Assembly (NCBI GenBank): GCA_963714745.1
Contig: CAVQPK010000005.1
Span: 153,338-177,337, forward strand
Length of the DNA stretch: 24,000 nt
Source: an uncultured Acidobacteriota bacterium
GTDB lineage: Bacteria > Acidobacteriota > Thermoanaerobaculia > Thermoanaerobaculales > Sulfomarinibacteraceae
Direction of reading: 5' to 3'
Below the pieces are notes generated by a model. It made no database searches. It was not told where the DNA came from and saw only the letters and a program-made list of their open reading frames with translations. Made by a program: the position numbers and the translations under genes. Below, piece by piece: positions 6,781 to 13,169 of this stretch (the first letter of the stretch is position 1; every line of letters begins with the position of its first letter).

Positions 6781-9075
6781 CTACCCCCACAGGAGGACGG
6801 TGGAGACGACCTCGATCGAGGTTCGCGTGGGCGACAGCTCGACCTCCTCGACCGCACGGGCGATCCGGTCGGCCTCCTCGGCCAGGCGGTCCACCTCTTC
6901 CTGCAGGTCGAGGGCGAGCTCGTCGATCTCCCGCTCGAGCCTCTCGATCTCGCGCTCGGACTCCTCGACCGACGCGGCCGCAGTCCTCCGCATGCGGTCT
7001 TTGCTGGCGGTCGCCCGGACCTTGGAAGCGGCCTTGCGGGCCGCCGAGCGGACCCCTCGCGAGCCGAGCAGCACCGAGAACAGGCCCTCGACCACCCCGA
7101 GAGCCTGCTCCGCCTTGCGCGACGAAAGCTGGGCCCGGTCGCGGTCGAGCTCATCGCGTTCGCGCTCGAGCCTCCGGGTGAGCGTGTCCTTCTTGCGCTC
7201 GAACCGATCCCTGATGCGCGCCTCGAGCGCGTCGTCCGCCTGGTCGGCCGCGTCGAGGCAGCGGGCGATGAAGGCCTCCCGCGCCTCCCCGGGCTCGGCG
7301 GACAGCTTGAGCTCGCGGTTGACCATCACCGGGTCGACTCGCCGCGCCCGCCAGGAGGTGAAGCTCGCACCGAGCTTCACCAGCGCGCGGTCGAGCTGGG
7401 CCGGTGCGGCCGCCGGGAACGTCATCCCGGGCGGCGGCTCCGGTCCCGCCTGCGGCTCGGCCTCGAGACGCTCGGCCGCCTCCCAGTCGATCCCGGACTC
7501 TGCGGCCGGCAGCCTCCACCACTCCTCGACCGCCCGGTCGACGCCGAGCGAGCGTTGGGCCACGCGTGCGCGGCAGTGAACCACCACCGACGGTTGCGCC
7601 TGGCCCTCGCCCGTGAGCCCGAACCGAGCCTCGACGGCGGTGGCGAGCACCGGGGGCCGGGTCGGCCCCCCAGCGGCGGCTCGATCCACGGACCGGCCGG
7701 CACCCCCCGACGACCACGCTCCCGCCTTCAACAGGGGTCCCAGCTCGGCCGGGGACACCGGCCCCCTCAGGTAGCTCATCGCCCAGCGAGAGGAGAAGAC
7801 CAGGGGGCCGGCGCTCGATCTGACGTCGGCGAGCAGGAACTGGCGTTTGGCGAGCCCGGCGACCCGGCTCTCGACCTCGGACTCCGCGCGTCCTGCAAGT
7901 CCGAGCCCTTCCAAGGCTCTTTCACGATCACGGTCGGTGACCAGCCGGCCGACGAGCTTCACGCCTGCGTTGCCGAGCGCCTTGTAGTCGACGTCGACCG
8001 GGTTCTGGGTCGCCAGCCAGGCGCCGACCCCGAAGGCCCGGCCCTGCTTGAGCAGGGTCAGCAGCGGCATCTTGCACGGCGGGTTGGCGGGATGCGGCGG
8101 CAGGATGCCCTGCAGCTCGTCGATGTAGAGCAGGGCGCGCAGCCCGGACGCCGCCGGCTGGCGGCGCATCCACGCCACCAGCTCGGCGGCGAGCAGAGTG
8201 AGCACGAAGTGGCGCTGCGCCTCGGTCAGGTGGGCCAGCACGACGACCGTCGCCCGCGGTGAGCCCGGGCTTCCGAGCAGCTCACCGAGGTCGAGCGGCA
8301 CGCCCTCGGTCCAGGCTCCGAACGCGGGGCTCGCCAGCAGCGTGTTGAGCGCCATGACCAGTGCGAGCCGCTCCTTGCGGGGGTAGAAAACCTCGAGCGG
8401 CATCACCCCGAGGGTCTCGAACGGGGGCTCGGTGAGACTCGCCAGCAGCTGGGGCAGGTCGAGGACCTCCCGCTTCCGCCAGTGGTCCATCAGGACCGAC
8501 GCCACCAGCACGTGATCACGGTCGGTCAGGGGATCGCCGCCGCGCCCGACCAGCGAGAGCAGGGCCGAGGTGACACCGTCGACCCTCGCGCTCGCCCCGT
8601 CCGGGTCATCCTCCCAGCCCTCCGGTGCGGTCAGCGAAGGCAGGATGTCGAGCGGCGTGCCGGAGGCGAGCCCGGGAGTGACGACCTGCCAGGCGACGCC
8701 GTCGCGGAACGCGCGCACGTCGTCACCACCCAGTCCTGCGGCCTCGAGGCCCTTTCGCCATCGCTCGGCCTGCTCGGCGGCGACCTCTGCCCGGGACCGG
8801 CCACCCGCCACGTCGGCCGGCAGCCACGGCTCGAAGGAGCCAGCGTCGAGCTCCGGGAATGCCAGCAGCAGGTTCGCCATGTCGCCCTTGAGATCGATGA
8901 TGAGCAACGGCGTGCCACGCCGCGCCAGCTCCTCCAGCGCCACGATGCCGAGGCCGGTCTTGCCGGATCCGGTCATGCCGACACACACGGCGTGGGTGGT
9001 CAGGTGGTCAGGATCGAGGTGGAGGCGCTCGCCGGATTCTCCGGCGTGTCCGAGGTAGAGCCCGTCCTCTGCCAT
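6781..9075 (-). CDS. HerA/FtsK-superfamily P-loop NTPase (DUF87/HerA-like) with long C-terminal coiled-coil extension; function unknown
   Basis: ATG 9075 with GGGAG RBS. Walker A HAVCVGMTGSGKTGLG followed by LLIIDLKGD; Walker B RALLYIDELQGILPP; LATQNPVDVDYKALGNAGVKLVGRL. The C-terminal 200 aa are Arg/Glu/Asp/Leu-rich heptad-like sequence (RIRDRFERKKDTLTRRLERERDELDRDRAQL ... EREIERLEREIDELALDLQEEVDRLAEEADRIARAVEE). 764 aa, uninterrupted. Confidence 0.75.
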   Translation of the reverse strand: MAEDGLYLGHAGESGERLHLDPDHLTTHAVCVGMTGSGKTGLGIVALEELARRGTPLLIIDLKGDMANLLLAFPELDAGSFEPWLPADVAGGRSRAEVAAEQAERWRKGLEAAGLGGDDVRAFRDGVAWQVVTPGLASGTPLDILPSLTAPEGWEDDPDGASARVDGVTSALLSLVGRGGDPLTDRDHVLVASVLMDHWRKREVLDLPQLLASLTEPPFETLGVMPLEVFYPRKERLALVMALNTLLASPAFGAWTEGVPLDLGELLGSPGSPRATVVVLAHLTEAQRHFVLTLLAAELVAWMRRQPAASGLRALLYIDELQGILPPHPANPPCKMPLLTLLKQGRAFGVGAWLATQNPVDVDYKALGNAGVKLVGRLVTDRDRERALEGLGLAGRAESEVESRVAGLAKRQFLLADVRSSAGPLVFSSRWAMSYLRGPVSPAELGPLLKAGAWSSGGAGRSVDRAAAGGPTRPPVLATAVEARFGLTGEGQAQPSVVVHCRARVAQRSLGVDRAVEEWWRLPAAESGIDWEAAERLEAEPQAGPEPPPGMTFPAAAPAQLDRALVKLGASFTSWRARRVDPVMVNRELKLSAEPGEAREAFIARCLDAADQADDALEARIRDRFERKKDTLTRRLERERDELDRDRAQLSSRKAEQALGVVEGLFSVLLGSRGVRSAARKAASKVRATASKDRMRRTAAASVEESEREIERLEREIDELALDLQEEVDRLAEEADRIARAVEEVELSPTRTSIEVVSTVLLWG

Positions 9076-9219
9076 GTCGTCTCCCAGCTCAAGAGCCCTC
9101 CGCCGCAGGCGGGCGCAGGCAGGTTGCGTCAGGTCGAGTCAGTATACTGTGACGGAGACACCGAGTCGCACGAGGTCCGGGACCCCTCCCGAGGCCTCCT
9201 GAGCTCAAGGAGGTACATT

Positions 9220-9678
9220 GTGGGTCTGCTCGATTTCTTCGGAAAGTCCTTCCAGAAACAGGTCGATGAGGCACTGGCCCAGGTCAAGTCCGCGCACCCT
9301 GGTGTGAAGGCGCTGCGGGCCGACGTCGCCGGCAAAGTGGTCACACTTCGGGGTCAGGCTCCGGACAAGGAGACCCGGACCCGGGTGATGGAGGCCTTCA
9401 ACAAGCTCGTCGACACCGAGAACACCATCAATACGATCACGGTCCCGGCACCACCCCCGAAGCCCGCGGAGCCGGCGCCGACTCCAGTGGCGGCACCCGC
9501 CCCGGCGCCGGCGGCCGAACGGATCCACCAGGTCCAACCTGGAGACACGCTCGGCGCCCTGGCCCAGAAGTACTACGGCAAGGCGAGCCTCTACATGAAG
9601 ATCTTCGAGGCCAACCGGGACCAGCTCGACAACCCGGACCTGATCAAGGTCGGCCAGAAGCTCAAGATCCCGGAGTAG
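9220..9678 (+). CDS. kbp: BON-LysM protein, Kbp/YgaU-like (potassium-binding / peptidoglycan-binding family)
   Basis: GTG 9220 with AAGGAGG at 9207-9213 (6-nt spacer). N-terminus VGLLDFFGKSFQ, then the BON-like segment VAGKVVTLRGQAPDKETRTRVMEAFNKLVDTENTINTITV. A Pro/Ala linker leads to the LysM domain HQVQPGDTLGALAQKYYGKASLYMKIFEANRDQLDNPDLIKVGQKLKIPE. Colinear with E. coli Kbp (YgaU) as I recall it. The upstream part of track ORF 8482..9678 is antisense to the HerA-like gene and is not used. Confidence 0.85.
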   Translation: MGLLDFFGKSFQKQVDEALAQVKSAHPGVKALRADVAGKVVTLRGQAPDKETRTRVMEAFNKLVDTENTINTITVPAPPPKPAEPAPTPVAAPAPAPAAERIHQVQPGDTLGALAQKYYGKASLYMKIFEANRDQLDNPDLIKVGQKLKIPE

Positions 9679-9681
9679 GTC

Positions 9682-9755
9682 GAACCACCAGCGCACCACG
9701 ACACCACGAGGATCGGTGGTGCTTCGGATCCTCCTCCTGCCGATCCCGGGACGGG
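9682..9755 (+). repeat. Post-stop C/A-rich CACCA-periodic repeat, copy B1 (sense with kbp)
   Basis: GAACCACCAGCGCACCACGACACCACGAGGatcggtggtgcttcGGATCCtcctcctgccGATCCCGGGac starts 3 nt after TAG 9676-9678. The first 30 nt contain no T. 9694-9711 is the exact reverse complement of 10081-10098. Confidence 0.7.
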
Positions 9756-10040
9756 AGCAGAGGGAGAACGCCCGGACGCCACGAGGGCAGCGCTCGTTCG
9801 GCCGGTGCTCCCGATCCCAAAACGGGCGGAAGGGATGAACGCAGGGGCTCAGAGCGGGCAGTGGTGGATTCCACGAATCCGTGGCATCCCGGGTCCCCGA
9901 CCGCTGCCGGGCTGACGAGCGGGCGAGGACCTTCCCGGAGCGGCAGGCCCCGCCGCGCACAGCGCGGCCCCGGCAGCCGGAGGGACCCCACCGGCGGCAC
10001 CCTTCCCTGCGACACCTCCGTGCCTCTGTGGCTCATCGCC

Positions 10041-10110
10041 CGCGACCCGGGATCCGCCCACCGCTCCGACCGACCGACACCCTCGTGGTGTCGTGGTGTC
10101 TTCGTGGTTC
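10041..10110 (-). repeat. Post-stop C/A-rich CACCA-periodic repeat, copy B2 (sense with GHMP kinase gene)
   Basis: Minus-strand reading: GAACCACGAAGACACCACGACACCACGAGGgtgtcggtcggtcggagcggtgggcGGATCCCGGGTCgcg. Its first bases overlap the TGA (10111..10109) of the GHMP kinase gene. About 25/30 identity to copy B1 over the core. Confidence 0.7.
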
Positions 10111-11101
10111 AGCCGACCTGCCGGACGCACACGCCCTCGTTCGCCAGGCCGCGGGCGAGCACCCGGGCCCCGGGCGCGGCGGCGAGCAGCGCCGCCTCGA
10201 TGGCACCACGCTGCTCCGGTGGGTGCCACAGCAGCAGGCTGCCGCCGCCCCCGGCGCCGCAGGCCTTGACCGCCGCGGCCCCGGCCGTGAGCGCCTCGTC
10301 GGCGAGGTGGGCGAGCTCCGGCGGGCAGACCTCGGGCGCCAGGCGCCTCCGGGCGGACCACTCGGCGGCGATCGCCTCGCCGACCGCGGCCTCATCCCCG
10401 GCCAGGAGCGCCCACCGGCACCGGACCGCGGCCGCCGCGATCTCCTCGAGGGCGATGACGGTCTCGAGCTCACCGTCGAGCCGGCGGCGGATGACCTGCC
10501 AGTTGACCATCCCGCTGGCGTGGGTGATCCCCGAGAACAGAACCGTCAGCCGCTCCCCCACCCAGACGGGATCGACCCCGAGACGTTCGACCCTCACCCG
10601 CCCCGGTTCGAGGTGGAGGCTCAGCACCCCTCCCCGCACCGCCGCCCAGTGGTCCTGACACCCGGTGGGCACGGCGAGCACCCTGGCCTCGAGGTCCCGC
10701 AGGATCGCCACCAGGTCCTCGTCCGGTACCTCGCGATCCTCGACCGCCAGCAGCGCCCGGGCGAGCGCGACGGCGTAGCACGAGGATCCCCCGAGACCCG
10801 ATCCTACCGGCGCCTGTGCGGCGACCCGAACCCTGAACCCCCGTGACCGGTTGACGAAGTTCGCCACCACCGCGGTCAGGTCGTGCGGGTCGTCGCGGTC
10901 GAGGCGCGCGAAGGGCGCATCGCCCACCGCGTGCCACACGTCGCCGGCGGGGGCCCCGTCATCGACCCGAACCCGCACCCGCAGCTCGAGTGCGGCGTTG
11001 ACGGTGACCGCGCCGGGATGCAGCAGTCCGAGCGGCCAGATGTCGAGGGTCCCGCCCGCGAGATCGGCCCGGTACGGGGCTGTCGCGTCAGCAGCGCGCA
11101 C
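10109..11101 (-). CDS. GHMP-family kinase (sugar kinase, fucokinase/heptose-phosphate-kinase-like)
   Basis: GHMP motif 2 PVGSGLGGSSCYAVALARAL, motif 3 KACGAGGGGSLLLW, and N-terminal APYRADLAGGTLDIWP. The track ORF starts at 11182, but its first 27 codons overlap the M23 gene. GTG 11101 (VRAADATAPYRADL) is the more plausible start; the exact start is uncertain. Confidence 0.8.
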   Translation of the reverse strand: MRAADATAPYRADLAGGTLDIWPLGLLHPGAVTVNAALELRVRVRVDDGAPAGDVWHAVGDAPFARLDRDDPHDLTAVVANFVNRSRGFRVRVAAQAPVGSGLGGSSCYAVALARALLAVEDREVPDEDLVAILRDLEARVLAVPTGCQDHWAAVRGGVLSLHLEPGRVRVERLGVDPVWVGERLTVLFSGITHASGMVNWQVIRRRLDGELETVIALEEIAAAAVRCRWALLAGDEAAVGEAIAAEWSARRRLAPEVCPPELAHLADEALTAGAAAVKACGAGGGGSLLLWHPPEQRGAIEAALLAAAPGARVLARGLANEGVCVRQVG

Positions 11102-12305
11102 CGAGCGGCGGCTCCCGACCTTCGAGCAGCTCCGTGATCGCGATGGCGTGCTGGAGGTAGCGCCCGATCCGCTCCTCGGCAAGCGGCTTCGCAGGCGGCG
11201 ACGAGATCGTCAGCGGGTTGATCCAGCGGCCGTTCTGCTTCACCCGGTAGTCGAGGTGGGGTCCGGTCGCCCACCCGGTCGCGCCGACGTACCCGATCAC
11301 CTGCCCCTGCCGCACCCTCACCCCCCGCTTCACACCGGGTCCGTAGCGGCTGAGGTGGAGGTAGCTGGTCTCGTACCCGTTCGGGTGGCGCACCGTGACC
11401 ATGTTGCCCGCCCCGCCGTTGCGCCCGGCAAAGGTCACGGTGCCGTCGGCGGTGACCAGCGCGGGGGTGCCCACCGGCGCCCCGTAGTCGACTCCGTAGT
11501 GCGGCATGCGACGCTTGAGCACCGGGTGGAACCGTCCTCCGGAGAAGCGCGAGGTGATGCGGCTGAACTTCAACGGTGAGCGCAGGAACTGCTTCTCGAG
11601 CGGGTGACCCTCGAGGTCGTAGTAGCCGATCCTGCCGTCGTCATCCTGGTAGGCGATGGCGTTGAGCGACCGCCCCCGGTTGGTGAAACGAGCGGCGAAG
11701 ATCTGTCCGTACTCATAGAAGGCGCCCTCGACCGAGCGCTCCTCGACCACCACCACGAACCCGTCCCCGACCCGCAGGTCACGCAGGAAATCGATGTCCC
11801 ACTGGAAGATCTGCGCGAGCTCCACGGCCAGCTCGGGGCGTCCGCCGGCCCCTTCGACCGCTTCGAAGAGCGAGGAGGAGATTCCGCCCTCGAGCCGTAC
11901 GACCTCGACCTCCAGGTCCCGCTCGATCCGCTCGACCAGGATCCGGTCGCCCTCCCGGGCGAACCGGAGCTCGCGTCTCAGGTCGAGGGTCACCGCCAGC
12001 GTCGCCAGCCGACCCATGGAGTCGAGGGCTCCGTCGAACCGTGTTCCGGGCTGGAGCCGTCGCGGGTCGAGCTCGTCGCTCAAGGCGGCCGACCAGAGCG
12101 GCCACTCGGGACCGGCCAGGCGCCGGCACACGCTCTCGAAGGTGTCGCCTGCCGCCACCTCCGTCGCCACCGGGGGACGGTAGGCCGCGAGCGGCTCGAC
12201 CTCGATCCCGGGCCCGCGATCGGCCGAGACCGGCGTGCCGCACGCGAGGCCCAGACTCACTGCAAGGGGCAGCAGCAGCATGCACCATCTCACCGTGACG
12301 CCCAC
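11088..12305 (-). CDS. M23 family metallopeptidase (MepM/YebA-like murein endopeptidase) with non-canonical HxD second metal motif
   Basis: HYGVDYGAPVGTPALVTADGTV (HxxxD), NMVTVRHPNGYETSYLHLS and GYVGATGWATGPHLDYRVKQNGRWINPL. N-terminal hydrophobic export signal MLLLPLAVSLGLACG. The start is GTG 12305 or ATG 12281. Confidence 0.85.
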   Translation of the reverse strand: MGVTVRWCMLLLPLAVSLGLACGTPVSADRGPGIEVEPLAAYRPPVATEVAAGDTFESVCRRLAGPEWPLWSAALSDELDPRRLQPGTRFDGALDSMGRLATLAVTLDLRRELRFAREGDRILVERIERDLEVEVVRLEGGISSSLFEAVEGAGGRPELAVELAQIFQWDIDFLRDLRVGDGFVVVVEERSVEGAFYEYGQIFAARFTNRGRSLNAIAYQDDDGRIGYYDLEGHPLEKQFLRSPLKFSRITSRFSGGRFHPVLKRRMPHYGVDYGAPVGTPALVTADGTVTFAGRNGGAGNMVTVRHPNGYETSYLHLSRYGPGVKRGVRVRQGQVIGYVGATGWATGPHLDYRVKQNGRWINPLTISSPPAKPLAEERIGRYLQHAIAITELLEGREPPLGARC

Positions 12306-12742
12306 CGTCGCAGCGCCTGCGCCGAGACGTCGAGCTCTGCCGCGAGCCGCCCATCCGCCTCCACCACCACCAGAGTCGGGACCCGGATCAGCCGGTAGCT
12401 CTTGAGCAACCCGCCGTGGCGATCATGCAGCCAGGCGACCTTGCGGCGCTCCAGGCTTCGCCTCGAGTCCTCGAGCGGCTCCTGGACCGCGACCAGCACC
12501 AGCGCGATCTCGAGCTCCCGGCAGGCCGCGGCGAGTGGCTCGAGCTCCGCCAGCACCGCTCCCGACGTCGGGCTCCACGACGCCCACAGCACGACCGCGG
12601 TCCGGCCGTGCTCGCCGAGCCACTCGCTCCACTCGGTCACTCCGCCGTCCGGCCGGGTCAGCACCGGTCCCTCCGCGGTGGCGGCGGGCAGGCTGATGGC
12701 CGCCGCAACGGCGACCGAGGCGATTCGAGCCATGACTCTCAT
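12290..12742 (-). CDS. Secreted thioredoxin-fold (TlpA/ResA-like) protein lacking the CxxC cysteines (SPTS)
   Basis: ATG 12742; signal-peptide-like MRVMARIASVAVAAAISLPAATAEG. Redoxin pattern GRTAVVLWASWSPTSGAVLAELEPL ... RVPTLVVV. The upstream 100 codons of track ORF 12290..13045 overlap atpE and are rejected. The stop overlaps the M23 start by 16 nt. Confidence 0.65.
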   Translation of the reverse strand: MRVMARIASVAVAAAISLPAATAEGPVLTRPDGGVTEWSEWLGEHGRTAVVLWASWSPTSGAVLAELEPLAAACRELEIALVLVAVQEPLEDSRRSLERRKVAWLHDRHGGLLKSYRLIRVPTLVVVEADGRLAAELDVSAQALRRWASR

Positions 12743-12775
12743 CGGCGACAGTATACCGGCCGCCGGAGACGCGAC

Positions 12776-12804
12776 GCGCGGGGCCCGGATCACGGACCCC
12801 GCGC
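12776..12804 (-). terminator. GC-rich hairpin downstream of atpE (possible terminator/attenuator or mRNA-stabilising stem; no U-tract)
   Basis: GCGCGGGG (12776-12783) pairs with CCCCGCGC (12797-12804), an 8-bp all-GC stem. CCG/CGG inner pairs (12785-12787 / 12793-12795) sit around a 5-nt loop. It lies 28 nt after the atpE stop. No T-run follows on the sense strand. Confidence 0.35.
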
Positions 12805-12831
12805 GATGACCGCTCGAGAGCGGATGCGGGC

Positions 12832-13146
12832 TCAGCCGCCCAGAATCAGGAACGCGATGATGAGCGCGTAGATGACCAGCGACTCGATGAGCGCCAATCC
12901 GATGATCATCGTGATGCGGATCGGACCCACGGCCCCGGGGTTGCGCCCGATGGCTTCGCAGGCCGCCGCCAGACCGCGCGCCTGGCCGAGCGCGCCGAAC
13001 GCCGCCGCGATGCCGATGGCAAAGGCGGCCCCGACGAACTGCCACATGTTCTTTCCGACGGCGGCACCCTGCTCAGCAGCCATTGCCGGCGAGGCCATCG
13101 CCAGGGCCACCAGAACCACCGCCACGATCGCAAGACGTCGACTCAT
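12832..13146 (-). CDS. atpE: F-type ATP synthase subunit c with N-terminal signal-peptide-like extension
   Basis: ATG 13146 with GAGGAGGG at 13151-13158. GALGQARGLAAACEAIGRNPGAVGPIRITMIIGLALIESLVIYALIIAFLIL shows the hairpin loop RNP and the ion-binding Glu in IESLV. 104 aa. Confidence 0.92.
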   Translation of the reverse strand: MSRRLAIVAVVLVALAMASPAMAAEQGAAVGKNMWQFVGAAFAIGIAAAFGALGQARGLAAACEAIGRNPGAVGPIRITMIIGLALIESLVIYALIIAFLILGG

Positions 13147-13169
13147 GTCACCCTCCTCACGGGTCTGAT

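Noticed and set aside
6718-8262. 514-aa plus-strand ORF (also 6731..7579, 7151..7717 and others) overlapping the HerA-like gene
   Set aside because: These ORFs are antisense or out of frame to a motif-bearing CDS. The translations are Arg/Pro/Gly/Ala-rich and low-complexity, with no recognisable motifs. They are typical shadow ORFs of a high-GC genome lacking stops in alternative frames. The same applies to 368..1348, 1723..3030, 2981..4834, 16086..17219, 18363..20219 and 21948..23477.
8482-9219. N-terminal 246 codons of track ORF 8482..9678 upstream of the kbp start
   Set aside because: This part is antisense to the HerA-like N-terminus and has no motifs. A strong AAGGAGG RBS and GTG at 9220 coincide with the point where Kbp-like similarity begins.
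9662-10036. 124-aa minus-strand ORF (MSHRGTEVSQGRVPPVG...) in the kbp/GHMP spacer with fairly high third-position GC in its first 50 codons
   Set aside because: No RBS precedes ATG 10036. The composition is Arg/Pro/Gly/Ser-rich. It runs through repeat copy B1 and into the kbp stop region. High GC3 is expected anyway in a stretch of nearly 80% GC. It could only be rescued by homology or ribosome profiling.
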